From: Thermodesulfobacteriota bacterium | GTDB lineage: Bacteria; Desulfobacterota_D; UBA1144; Nemesobacterales; Mycalebacteriaceae | Assembly: GCA_965198945.1 (NCBI GenBank) | Contig: CBDAQI010000001.1 | Coordinates: forward strand, 96,001 to 160,000 | Reading direction: 5' to 3' | DNA: 64,000 nucleotides | In this document: piece by piece, positions 18,491 through 28,175 of the stretch | How the letters are laid out: each line of letters opens with the position of its first letter | Numbering within the stretch: the first letter of the stretch is position 1 | Program-made: the position numbers and the translations under genes | Notes under the pieces: model-generated | The model's database searches: none | What the model saw: only the letters and a program-made list of their open reading frames with translations | What the model was told of the DNA's origin: nothing

Positions 18491-19855
18491 TCAATTCTTT
18501 ATGGCCTCTCGGAGAGTTGTTTCCACCATGTCTCTTATCTCTGCGAGGCGGTTTTCACTTTCCGCTTCAAATCTCAGCACAAGCGCGGGCTGAGTGTTTG
18601 AGGCGCGCACAAGCCCCCAGCCTCGCTCCCAGCTCGCTCTTACGCCGTCAATGTCATTGATTTCGGCTTCGGGAAATTTCTGCGATACGATTTTTTTCAG
18701 TTTTTCAACAACTTTGAATTTTTCTTCGTCCGGGCAGTCAACCCTGATTTCGGGCGTTGAAAAAAGTTTCGGCGCAAGGGCGAGCAGTGCCGAAACCGTT
18801 TTGCCCGTTTTTGACACGATTTCCAGAAGCCGCAGGCCCGCGTAGAGCGCATCGTCATATCCGAAAAACCTGTCGCCGAAAAAGATGTGTCCGCTCATCT
18901 CTCCGGCAAGCGCGGCGTTTTCTTCGGCGAGTTTCTTTTTCATAAGCGAGTGTCCGGTTTTCCACATAATGGTTTTCGCGCCGGCTTTTTCGGCAAGTTC
19001 AAAAAGCAGTTTTGAGCATTTTACATCACCGATAATTTTCGCTCCCGGATTTCTGCGCGCGATTTCAAGGGCAAAAATCAGCACGAGCATATCGCCGCGG
19101 ACAATTTCCCCGTTCTCATCCACAACGCCGAGCCGGTCTGCATCTCCGTCAAAAGCCATTCCGAGCCGGCTTTTTTCTCTCCTCACGGTCTTGATGAGGT
19201 CTTGCAGGTTTTCCTCAACCGAAGGGTCGGGATGGTGGTTCGGGAAAGTCCCGTCCGGTTCGGCGAAAATACCCTTCCCTTCAAGTCCGAGTTTTTCAAA
19301 CACAAGCGGAGCGGCCACTCCTCCCGTGCCGTTTCCGCAGTCAAACGCGAATTTCAGCCCTCTCTCAATCTCCACCGACCCGGCGAGAAAATCAGAGTAT
19401 GTCTTCGTTATGTCCGTTTTTGTAATTGTCCCGCGCGCCGCTCTGCTTTCTTTTGCGGGAGTTTTTGAAAGATCCTCTATATCGCGCCCGAACATCGCGT
19501 TTTTTCCCATGCACAGTTTCAAGCCGTTATATTCGGGCGGGTTGTGGCTTGCCGTTACAATCACACCTCCGTCCGGTGTCATATTGAACACGGAAAAATA
19601 GAGCATCGGTGTTGAAACAAGACCGATGTCAACAACGTTAACGCCGCGGCTTGTGATTCCGTCACAAAGCGCTTGCGCAAAACTCTCAGAACTCGGGCGG
19701 CAGTCTCTTCCGACCGAAACGGTTTTGCCGCCGAGCATTTTCGCCTTCTCTCCATATGACTTTCCTATGGAAAAAACCCTTTCTTCGTTTATCCCGCTTC
19801 CGACAGTTCCCCTGATGTCATATTCTCTGAAAATATTTTCGGAATTTGCGCTCAT
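18491..19855 (-). CDS. Phosphomannomutase/phosphoglucomutase
   Basis: IFREYDIRG, TASHNP, FDGDADR, GEMSGH, VRASNTQP. Confidence 0.95.
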   Translation of the reverse strand: MSANSENIFREYDIRGTVGSGINEERVFSIGKSYGEKAKMLGGKTVSVGRDCRPSSESFAQALCDGITSRGVNVVDIGLVSTPMLYFSVFNMTPDGGVIVTASHNPPEYNGLKLCMGKNAMFGRDIEDLSKTPAKESRAARGTITKTDITKTYSDFLAGSVEIERGLKFAFDCGNGTGGVAAPLVFEKLGLEGKGIFAEPDGTFPNHHPDPSVEENLQDLIKTVRREKSRLGMAFDGDADRLGVVDENGEIVRGDMLVLIFALEIARRNPGAKIIGDVKCSKLLFELAEKAGAKTIMWKTGHSLMKKKLAEENAALAGEMSGHIFFGDRFFGYDDALYAGLRLLEIVSKTGKTVSALLALAPKLFSTPEIRVDCPDEEKFKVVEKLKKIVSQKFPEAEINDIDGVRASWERGWGLVRASNTQPALVLRFEAESENRLAEIRDMVETTLREAIKN

Positions 19856-19922
19856 TTCGGATTTTTCCCTTCGGTGTGCGGCGGTTTGACTTTATTCTAA
19901 CACTTTTTACTATTAGCCCGTT

Positions 19923-21401
19923 GTGATTCGCCCCTCATTTGAGGAGTTCAGAAAAAAACTGAAATCCGGAAACCTGATTCCCGTCTGGGATGAGATTGCC
20001 GCTCCGGATGACACTCCGGTTTCGGCTTTTGAAAAGATTGACGACCCCCCTTACTCGTTTCTTTTTGAGAGCGTTGAGGGCGGAGACAAGTGGGCGCGCT
20101 ACAGTTTTCTCGGTTGCGGTTCCGATTGTGTTTTCAGAGCCAGGGGAAAAAATATAGAGACCGAAGAAAACGGCGGAGTTTCTCACAAGACCGGCGACCC
20201 GTTTGAACATCTCAGGAAACTGCTCGGCCGTTACAAGTTTGTTGAAGACCCGGAGCTTCCGCGTTTTGCGGGCGGAGCCGTGGGGTATATGAGTTACGAT
20301 GCGGTCCGTTTCATAGAGAACCTTCCGCAAAACAGCCCCAATGTGCTCGGAGTCTGGGATTTCCATTTTATAATTGCGGGCAACGTTCTTATCTTTGACA
20401 ATGTAGAAAAAGATGTCAGAACGGTCGTCTGCGCATACTGCCCGGACGAGGCGGAGGCCGAGAGTGTTTACCGTTCGGCGGTTCGGGAAGTGGAACGGCT
20501 CAAAGGCCTGATTTGTTCGCCTCGCCCCCGCGAGCCCAACCCAAATCCCGGACGGCGCCCGGCGAGTGGCGGTCTCGTATCCAACTTTGAGAGGCGGGAC
20601 TTTGAACAGTCCGTGGAGAAAGTGAAGGAATACATAAAAAGCGGCGACATAATACAGGCCGTAATTTCCCAGAGGTGGAGCACGGAGCTTGATGTTGAAC
20701 CCTTCGGTCTCTACAAGGCGCTTCGGGTTCTGAATCCGTCGCCTTATATGTTTTTTCTCAAGACCGGAGACCAGACACTTGTCGGCTCATCACCCGAAGT
20801 GATGGTGCGTGTGGAGGGGAGCTCGGTTGAAAGCCGCCCAATCGCCGGAACAAAGCCTAGGGGAGCGGATGAAAAGCGGGACGGGGAACTAGAAAAAGAG
20901 CTGCTCGCCGATGAAAAGGAAAGAGCCGAGCACATAATGCTTGTTGATTTGGCGCGCAACGACCTTGGAAGGATCGCCCGGCACGGAACCGTGAAGGTGG
21001 ATTCCTTTATGACGGTTGAACGGTATTCACATGTGATGCACATAGTTTCAAACGTCAAAGCGGAAATGGCGGAGGGGGCGGATGTGATTGATGTTGTGAA
21101 GGCGACTTTTCCGGCCGGAACGCTGTCCGGGGCGCCAAAGGTGCGCGCAATGGAAATCATAGAGGAGATAGAGCCGGAAACGAGGGGGCCTTACGGCGGC
21201 GCGGTCGGGTATGTGAGTTTTTCGGGCGATATGGACACCTGCATAACCATCAGGACTTTTCTTATCAAAGACGGCAGGGTCTATGTTCAGGCGGGAGCGG
21301 GAATTGTGGCCGATTCGGATCCGGCGCGTGAATATGAGGAGACCGTCAACAAGGCGAAAGCGCTTTTGAAAGCGCTTGAAAAAGCGAGGGAGATTGAATA
21401 A
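19923..21401 (+). CDS. trpE: Anthranilate synthase component I
   Basis: LFESVEG, NPSPYM, RPIAGT, EHIMLVDLARND, FPAGTLSGAPK, QAGAGIVADS. Confidence 0.93.
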   Translation: MIRPSFEEFRKKLKSGNLIPVWDEIAAPDDTPVSAFEKIDDPPYSFLFESVEGGDKWARYSFLGCGSDCVFRARGKNIETEENGGVSHKTGDPFEHLRKLLGRYKFVEDPELPRFAGGAVGYMSYDAVRFIENLPQNSPNVLGVWDFHFIIAGNVLIFDNVEKDVRTVVCAYCPDEAEAESVYRSAVREVERLKGLICSPRPREPNPNPGRRPASGGLVSNFERRDFEQSVEKVKEYIKSGDIIQAVISQRWSTELDVEPFGLYKALRVLNPSPYMFFLKTGDQTLVGSSPEVMVRVEGSSVESRPIAGTKPRGADEKRDGELEKELLADEKERAEHIMLVDLARNDLGRIARHGTVKVDSFMTVERYSHVMHIVSNVKAEMAEGADVIDVVKATFPAGTLSGAPKVRAMEIIEEIEPETRGPYGGAVGYVSFSGDMDTCITIRTFLIKDGRVYVQAGAGIVADSDPAREYEETVNKAKALLKALEKAREIE

Positions 21402-21409
21402 TTCGTCTT

Positions 21410-21625
21410 ATGCGCAACGAGTTTACGGCCATTGTTGAAAAGGACGGAGATTTGCATATTTCCTACTGTGCTGAAATACCAGGCGTAAACGGACAGGGCA
21501 AAACAAAGAAAGAGTGTTTGAAAAGCCTTTCCGGAGCGATTGAGTTGATTTTAGAAGACCAACGGCGGGACTGCTTGAAGGGCGTTCCAGATGATGCCAT
21601 TTCAGAAGTTGTCGCAGTTGGATGA
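21410..21625 (+). CDS. hicB: HicB-family antitoxin
   Basis: FTAIVEKDG...YCAEIPGVNGQGKT..ECL.SL..AIELIL. Confidence 0.85.
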   Translation: MRNEFTAIVEKDGDLHISYCAEIPGVNGQGKTKKECLKSLSGAIELILEDQRRDCLKGVPDDAISEVVAVG

Positions 21626-21680
21626 AAAGAAACTCCCTGATAAGACATTCTGAAACGTAATGCGGTAGAACTGAATACAA
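21622..21680 (+). pseudogene. HicA toxin remnant
   Basis: ATGA overlap with hicB; reads MKRNSLIRH, then a +1 shift to LKRN, resembling the HicA N-terminus; the rest is missing. Confidence 0.6.
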
Positions 21681-21731
21681 GCTGTGCTGCTGTCATAACC
21701 CTGCGGGGGATTTGGTGTATAATCCACGCTT

Positions 21732-22343
21732 GTGCTGTTAATGATAGACAACTACGATTCTTTCACCTACAATCTTGTTCACTATTTTCAGGAACTCGGA
21801 AAAGAGGTTTCCACATACCGCAATGACGAAATATCACCGGACGAGATAGAAAAGCTTTCGCCAGAAATAATCGTGATTTCACCCGGTCCGTGCTCTCCGG
21901 AGAAATCGGGCGTTTCGGTTGAGCTTGTGAAAAATTTTGCCGGAAAAATTCCAATTCTCGGCATCTGTCTCGGTCATCAGGCGATTGCGCACGCTTTTGA
22001 GGCGGATATTGTCCGCGCCCGGCGGCTTCTGCACGGGAAAACTTCTGAGATTTACCACAGGGGGGCGGGTGTTTTCAAAGACCTTCCGAGCCCCTTCAAC
22101 GCCACAAGATACCATTCGCTGATTGTTGACCCGGACACTCTGCCCGAAGATTTTGAGATTACCGCCTGGACGGACGAGGATGAGATAATGGGAATAAGAC
22201 ACAGATATTTTTCCGGCAGGGGACGGCTTGAGGGAGTCCAGTTTCATCCCGAATCAGTGCTGACCGAAAACGGGAAAGAGCTTTTGAAAAACTTTATTAA
22301 GGATAGTGATCAGACCGGGGCGTCGCGTGAGGGGGTGAAGTGA
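21732..22343 (+). CDS. trpG: Anthranilate/aminodeoxychorismate synthase component II
   Basis: [33 protein letters not shown]. Confidence 0.92.
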   Translation: MLLMIDNYDSFTYNLVHYFQELGKEVSTYRNDEISPDEIEKLSPEIIVISPGPCSPEKSGVSVELVKNFAGKIPILGICLGHQAIAHAFEADIVRARRLLHGKTSEIYHRGAGVFKDLPSPFNATRYHSLIVDPDTLPEDFEITAWTDEDEIMGIRHRYFSGRGRLEGVQFHPESVLTENGKELLKNFIKDSDQTGASREGVK

Positions 22344-22427
22344 GATATTTTCACTTCACTCCCGTGTTTGCAGATGCGTTGAACCAACCGATGCCCCGCA
22401 GGAAAAAACAAGGGAGAGACACAGACT

Positions 22428-24155
22428 ATGAAACTTCTTTTCAGACCGCGTGACAAAAAATTTGTGGGCGAAGGCGATCTGCCGTTCGGAACTTTTGATG
22501 ACACCGGACAGTGGCTTCCAATCTGCCGCTACCTGGAAATGGGAGCGGAAAGGTTTGGTGATAAAACGCTTTTCAGTGTTGCGGATTCGGACGTCAATGT
22601 TACGGAAAGTTTCACATACTCCGAGGCAAATATGCGGGCGAACCGGATTGCAAACACCGCGGTTTCCAAACTGAATGTGAAAAAAGGCGAGACGGTCGGA
22701 ATCTATATGCTGAACCGTGCGGAGTTTGTGCTTTCAATCCTCGCCATACACAAGGCCGGAGCGGTTCAGGTTCCCATAAACAAAGACGAAAAGGGTGAGC
22801 GGCTCGCCTATATTATCAACTACTCGGAGCAGAGAGTTCTTATGACCGATGCGGAAAGCCTGCTTTTGCTTGAGGAGACGGCGGACGGAATTGAAAATCT
22901 GGAGTTTATTTTTGTCGCCGGCGCCGGGGGGGCAAAACTGCCCGAGAAAATAGGCCCGGCAAAAGTTCTGCCGTTTTCCTTTTTTGAGGAATTTCCGGCT
23001 GAAAATCCACAGGTTGCCGTGTCGGTTTCCGATGCGGAAAGGTGCATGTTTACCTCCGGCACGACCGGAATGCCGAAAGGGGTTTCAAGAAACCACAGCG
23101 GCGTTGTGCTGACAGTCCGGGCTTATCTTGAGCATCAGGGAGTCCGCAGCGGAGACGTTCTTATGACCGTGCTGTCGCTCGCTCACGCAAACGCACAGGT
23201 GATGTGCCTGTTCGCTTCAATAGCGGCGGGGGCGCAGTGTGTTATTTTCCCGCGATTTTCCGCTTCGGGTTTCTGGAGATGGGCGGCTGGGTGCGGGGCC
23301 ACAATTACAAACATGCTCGGCTCCGTGCCGGAATATCTTTGGTCTTCCGCCCGGTCTGAATACGACCGAAAACACTCGGTCAGGACGGTTCTCGCCGGCC
23401 CCGCACCGAAAAACCGCACCGAGTTTGAGGAAAGGTTCGGTGTGAGAGTTGTTGAAGGATACGGCTCAACCGAGATGGGAATGGTCCTTTGGCAGTATGC
23501 GGAGGATTTTCGTCCCGGTTCTTCAGGATTTGTAACCCAGGGCTACTATGTGGAGATAAGAGACCCGGACGATACTGACAGGGTGATTGAGAATGCGTGG
23601 GACACATCGCGCGACAAAACTCCGCCCTCCGGATGCGCGGGACTGCTTTTTATACGCCCGCTGATACCGGACACGACTCTAAACGAATATTTCAAAGACT
23701 CCGAAAGAACCCGTCAGGCATTTGACGGGGAAGGTTTTTTCAATTCGGACGACCTGTTTGTGCGGGGTGTGGACAACAGATACTACTTTCAGGGCAGATA
23801 CAGCAGAATCAGGGTTTCCGGTGAAAATGTGGATCCCAACGCCGTTGCCGCCACGGCGCTGAATCATAATTCCGTAGACCAGGCGGTTGCGCTGGGAGTC
23901 CGTTTGCCGGAGATTTCCGATGACGAAATTAAATTGAACATTGTTCTCTCCGACGGCTCTGAGTTTGACCCGATGCTCTTTTGCCAATGGATGGCGGAAC
24001 GGGTTCCGGTCTATATGGTCCCGAGATTTATTCAGGTATACGAACAGTTTCCGCTGACTTCAACTCAAAAAATAAACCTCGGGGCTTTGAAGACGCTCGG
24101 CAGTGAAACATGGGACAGAAACAAGTCCGGTTTGAGCCTGAAAACAAGAAAATAG
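22428..24155 (+). CDS. AMP-forming acyl-CoA ligase (CaiC-like), paralog 1
   Basis: FTSGTTGMPKG, EGYGSTE, SGENV, terminal Lys motif PLTSTQK. Confidence 0.85.
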   Translation: MKLLFRPRDKKFVGEGDLPFGTFDDTGQWLPICRYLEMGAERFGDKTLFSVADSDVNVTESFTYSEANMRANRIANTAVSKLNVKKGETVGIYMLNRAEFVLSILAIHKAGAVQVPINKDEKGERLAYIINYSEQRVLMTDAESLLLLEETADGIENLEFIFVAGAGGAKLPEKIGPAKVLPFSFFEEFPAENPQVAVSVSDAERCMFTSGTTGMPKGVSRNHSGVVLTVRAYLEHQGVRSGDVLMTVLSLAHANAQVMCLFASIAAGAQCVIFPRFSASGFWRWAAGCGATITNMLGSVPEYLWSSARSEYDRKHSVRTVLAGPAPKNRTEFEERFGVRVVEGYGSTEMGMVLWQYAEDFRPGSSGFVTQGYYVEIRDPDDTDRVIENAWDTSRDKTPPSGCAGLLFIRPLIPDTTLNEYFKDSERTRQAFDGEGFFNSDDLFVRGVDNRYYFQGRYSRIRVSGENVDPNAVAATALNHNSVDQAVALGVRLPEISDDEIKLNIVLSDGSEFDPMLFCQWMAERVPVYMVPRFIQVYEQFPLTSTQKINLGALKTLGSETWDRNKSGLSLKTRK

Positions 24156-24225
24156 TTTTTGCTTTTTTTGCGTTGATTGCTTATATTTGGGGCCGATAAT
24201 CCGTATTCCTAAGGAGTGTTGTCTC

Positions 24226-24762
24226 ATGATGAAAAGAATTATTCTTCCGGTCTTTTCTCTGGTTTTAGGTTTCGTGTTTGCGGCAAACGTCTGGGCTACA
24301 ATACCCGGTGATAACGCCGCGGCGAGCGGAATAAAAACCTGTGTTGAAGAGATTGAACGGGAAATCGGCATTATCGTGGCCGACCAGCCTCACCAAAGCC
24401 ACGATTTTGTGGCTCCGGACGCCAGAAATGTTGACAAACGTCCCTTTTATTCAATGGTTTTCAGAAGCTACACCGATGTCGGAATCTCTCACATAACAGT
24501 TTCCGCCGCGAGGTCTGATTTAAGCAGAAGAAATGTAAAATGCGACCTGCTGATAAGTGAAACTTTTTTTTCGGACAGAACTTGCGAAGAATGGTCGCGT
24601 GACCTCGCCTCGCAGGATTTCAAAGCGCAGCCTCTTGCAAGCGATGTAACTCTGATGGAAAACTCCGGCGATCAGAGCCTTTTCTCTTTCTACTACTTGA
24701 CGGACGTAAGCGGAGGAGACGGCTGTCTGGTCACCAGAAGAAGACTGGCATATGAGAATTAG
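24226..24762 (+). CDS. Exported hypothetical protein with four Cys
   Basis: AAGGAG RBS, signal-peptide-like N-terminus. Confidence 0.7.
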   Translation: MMKRIILPVFSLVLGFVFAANVWATIPGDNAAASGIKTCVEEIEREIGIIVADQPHQSHDFVAPDARNVDKRPFYSMVFRSYTDVGISHITVSAARSDLSRRNVKCDLLISETFFSDRTCEEWSRDLASQDFKAQPLASDVTLMENSGDQSLFSFYYLTDVSGGDGCLVTRRRLAYEN

Positions 24763-24780
24763 GTTTTCAAAAGAGCTTTT

Positions 24781-25725
24781 TCAAAAAACCATATAAATAA
24801 AAACTCCGTAAAGGAGAAGAAGAACGGTTCCGGTCTTTTTGCCAATCTTTGAGCCTTTTGTCATGAAAGGCACTATAAACGCGCTTACGGCGATAGCGAA
24901 AGGCAGTTGGACTCTTACCAGTTCGGGGTCTATGGAGAGCGGCACTATTGAGGCTGTAAGGCCCAGAATAATTATGTTGAACAAGTTGCTGCCGGCAAGG
25001 TTGCCTATTGCGATTGAGTGTTCGCGCCGCGCAACCGCCGCGAGAGATGCGGCGAGCTCGGGCAGGGAAGTCCCCACGGCGACGGCGGTCGCTCCGATTA
25101 CCAGTTCCGGAACCCCGGCTCTGTGAGCTATTGCCACCGCGCTTTCAACCACAAGTTTGCTTCCGAGCGCAAGCCCCACAAGCCCGGCTGAAATAAAAAA
25201 GAGAAGGATTTTCAGGTCGCGTGGAGACGAAGCGGTTTTGGTCTCCGGAGATATTTCCGTTTTCCCGCCTTGTCTTAAATAAAGATAAACTTTAAGCGGC
25301 ACGAGCAGCATAACCACCGCCCCGCCCTCCGCCCCGCTGAGTGCGCCGTCAGAACACAGAAAAACCAGAAGCGCCAGAAAAGAAGCGGCCGCGATGGTTT
25401 CCGCTCTGAGTCCCTGACGGATGTATATTGTGGAAAGCGCCGCGCTGATACCGATTATAAGACAGATGTTTGAAACGTTGCTGCCCACAATGTTTCCCGC
25501 GGCAATGTCGGCGGAGCCCCTGAGCGCCGCGATAAGACATATTAAAAGTTCCGGCAGCGAAGTGCCGACCGCCACCACAGTGAGACCGACGACAGTGGGG
25601 CTTATTCCCAGTTTTGCCCCAAGCAGTGAAGCTCCTTCAACCGCCGAATCCGCGCCAATCCAGACGCCCGCAATGCCGGTGATGAGCAGGAAAATTTCAA
25701 AAATTGCCGATTCGGGGAAAAACAT
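24781..25725 (-). CDS. Ca2+/Na+ antiporter (YrbG-like)
   Basis: Two alpha repeats, GTSLPEL...GNIVGSN and GTSLPEL...GNLAGSN. Confidence 0.93.
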   Translation of the reverse strand: MFFPESAIFEIFLLITGIAGVWIGADSAVEGASLLGAKLGISPTVVGLTVVAVGTSLPELLICLIAALRGSADIAAGNIVGSNVSNICLIIGISAALSTIYIRQGLRAETIAAASFLALLVFLCSDGALSGAEGGAVVMLLVPLKVYLYLRQGGKTEISPETKTASSPRDLKILLFFISAGLVGLALGSKLVVESAVAIAHRAGVPELVIGATAVAVGTSLPELAASLAAVARREHSIAIGNLAGSNLFNIIILGLTASIVPLSIDPELVRVQLPFAIAVSAFIVPFMTKGSKIGKKTGTVLLLLYGVFIYMVF

Positions 25726-25933
25726 TTTTCTTTACCAAGGCGCCCGTGCGCTTTTCAGATTTGTGAGTATAAACGGGGTTTATCAGATGGAAAGGGTGTG
25801 TTGTCTGAAAATCACTCCGGTTCGTCCGCGTTGAAATTGGTTCTTAATTTAGATAGATTCAAATTCCGGCTTGAGAGATTAAAAAATCGGTTTCTCATAA
25901 TTTGCAGATACGAAAACAGGAGGATTTACGGCT

Positions 25934-27664
25934 ATGCGCCTTTTATTTAAACCACGAGACCCGAGCTATGTAGGCGGCGGGCAGCTGCCTTTCGGCACTT
26001 TTGATGACACCACGCAGTGGCATCCGGTCACAAAAAATCTTGAGAACGGAGCGGACAGTTTCCCTGACAAGGAAATGTTCAAGGTCGGCGACAGAGACGG
26101 CAACATCGTTAAAACTTTCACATATAAACAGACCAATGAGCTTGCAAACAAGGTTTCAAACGGGCTCATAAAAGATTTTGGAATTGGCAAAGGCGACAAG
26201 GTTGGCATGTATATGCTTAACTGTGCCGAGTATGTTCTTTCCATCATAGCCGCTCACAAGGCCGGCGCGGTTCAGGTCCCCATCAACAAAGATGAAAAGG
26301 GTGAGCGGCTCGCATATGTAATCAACTATTCGGAAATGAAAGTGCTTGTTGTTGATGAAGGCAGCATTCCGTTTCTTGAAGAAATTGCCGGAAGCCTTGA
26401 AAAGCTTGAAGCCGTTTTTGTCGTATCCGAGACCGGAGGCGGCATTCCTCAGGAAATCGGCGGGGCGAAGGTTTACCCTTTTTCAGTGTTTGACGACTCG
26501 GACTCTTCAAATCCCGGTGTTGAAGTTTCAGTGCAAGACATGGAGAGATGCATGTTTACCTCCGGCACAACAGGGATGCCCAAAGGTGTCGCAAGAGACC
26601 ACGGTGGAGTTGTGATGACCGTTCGCTCATACATACAGCAGCAGGGCATAAGAAATGACGATGTTCTTATGAGCGTTCTTTCTCTCGGTCATGCAAATGC
26701 TCAGGTGATGTGCCTTTTCAGCGCGATGGGCGCCGGGGCGACCGCTGTGTTTTTCCCGCGTTTTTCAGCGTCCAATTTCTGGAAATGGGCGGCCGGGTGC
26801 GGAGCCACTTCGGTGAACATGCTGGGCGCGGTTGCCGAATATCTGTGGTCCGCTCCCCAGAGCGAATGGGATGCCAAGCACAAAGTCAGAATCATGCTCG
26901 GCTCCCCGGCTCCGAGAGACCTTGACCAGTTTCAGCAGAGATTCAATGTCAGGGTTATAGACGGCTACGGTTCAACCGAGATGGGAATGGTTCTCTGGAA
27001 AGATCCCGAAGACCACCGTCCCGGTTCTTCAGGCTTTCCGATGGAGGGATACCATGTTGAACTCAGAAATCCGGAAAACAATGACGAATCCGTCAAATAC
27101 TTCTGGGACCCGTCGGATGACATAACCCCGCCCGATGATGCAAAGGGGCTGCTGTTTATAAAGCCGCTTGTTCCGAACACGACCCTCAACGAATACTTCA
27201 AAGATGAGAGACGCACCAGAGAGGCGTTTGATGACGAGGGTTTTTTCAATTCGGACGACCTGTTTGCAAGGGGTATTGACGGCAGATACTACTTTGCCGG
27301 AAGATACAGCAGAATCAGGGTTTCGGGTGAGAATGTCGACCCGATTGCGGTCGCCGATGAGGCGATGCAGTATGCGGCCATACAGGAGGCCATAGCCGTG
27401 GGCCTAAGGCTTCCGAACGTTTCCGATGATGAAATCAAGCTTTGCCTGACTTTGAAAAAAGGCGAGATTTTTGACCCGGTTGAGTTCTGCAAATGGATGG
27501 CGGAAAGGGTTATTGTCGCTATGGTTCCGAGGTTTATAGAGGTCTATGAAGACGGATTTCCCGTAACCGCGACTCAAAAAGTCAAGGTCGCTGAAATCAA
27601 GGAAATAACCGGCAAAACCTGGGACAGAAATGAGGCGGGACTCAAGTTTAGCGCGAGAAAGTAG
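25934..27664 (+). CDS. AMP-forming acyl-CoA ligase (CaiC-like), paralog 2
   Basis: Same motifs as 22428-24155; PVTATQK; AGGAGG RBS. Confidence 0.85.
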   Translation: MRLLFKPRDPSYVGGGQLPFGTFDDTTQWHPVTKNLENGADSFPDKEMFKVGDRDGNIVKTFTYKQTNELANKVSNGLIKDFGIGKGDKVGMYMLNCAEYVLSIIAAHKAGAVQVPINKDEKGERLAYVINYSEMKVLVVDEGSIPFLEEIAGSLEKLEAVFVVSETGGGIPQEIGGAKVYPFSVFDDSDSSNPGVEVSVQDMERCMFTSGTTGMPKGVARDHGGVVMTVRSYIQQQGIRNDDVLMSVLSLGHANAQVMCLFSAMGAGATAVFFPRFSASNFWKWAAGCGATSVNMLGAVAEYLWSAPQSEWDAKHKVRIMLGSPAPRDLDQFQQRFNVRVIDGYGSTEMGMVLWKDPEDHRPGSSGFPMEGYHVELRNPENNDESVKYFWDPSDDITPPDDAKGLLFIKPLVPNTTLNEYFKDERRTREAFDDEGFFNSDDLFARGIDGRYYFAGRYSRIRVSGENVDPIAVADEAMQYAAIQEAIAVGLRLPNVSDDEIKLCLTLKKGEIFDPVEFCKWMAERVIVAMVPRFIEVYEDGFPVTATQKVKVAEIKEITGKTWDRNEAGLKFSARK

Positions 27665-28175
27665 CTTTTTCGGAGCTTTTTCGGACGGAGATTTTATGGA
27701 TCTGGCGCTTCGCCAGGCCGGGATTGCGGCTGAAAAAGGCGAAGTGCCGGTCGGCGCGGTTGTGGTGAACTCTGCGGGCGTCGTTATTTCCTCGGCGCAC
27801 AACGAGCGCGAAACCCTCGGCGACCCGACCGCCCATGCCGAGATTCTCGCAATCAGGAAGGCCGCTGAGAAAACGGGAAACTGGAGATTGCCGGGCTCCG
27901 TTCTGTATGTTACGCTTGAACCGTGCATGATGTGCATGGGCGCCGTGGTTAACTCGCGTGTCGGCACGGTGGTTTTCGGAGCTTACGATAAAAATTCGGG
28001 GGCGCTTGAAAGCGGCTGCGAAACTCAAACCTTTGGCGGAAACCGGATGGTCGGATACCGGGGCGGGGTCATGGAGAAGGAATGCTCCGGTGCGCTTCGG
28101 CGTTTTTTTCTTGATTTGAGAAAAGGCGGACATCCCTCCGGAGGTCTGTCCTTTCAAAAAGAGGCGGTTGAATAA
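27630..28175 (+). CDS. tadA: tRNA adenosine deaminase (start uncertain, 27630 or 27696)
   Basis: GEVPVGAV, HAE, TLEPCMMC. Confidence 0.9.
   Translation: MRRDSSLARESSFFGAFSDGDFMDLALRQAGIAAEKGEVPVGAVVVNSAGVVISSAHNERETLGDPTAHAEILAIRKAAEKTGNWRLPGSVLYVTLEPCMMCMGAVVNSRVGTVVFGAYDKNSGALESGCETQTFGGNRMVGYRGGVMEKECSGALRRFFLDLRKGGHPSGGLSFQKEAVE

Noticed and set aside
22331..22363. Inverted repeat at the trpG stop as an intrinsic terminator
   Set aside because: The stem is real but has no U-tract, so its role is unclear.
27663..27684. AGCTTTTTCGG tandem repeat, two copies
   Set aside because: Only two units, at a gene junction, with no spacers or evident function.
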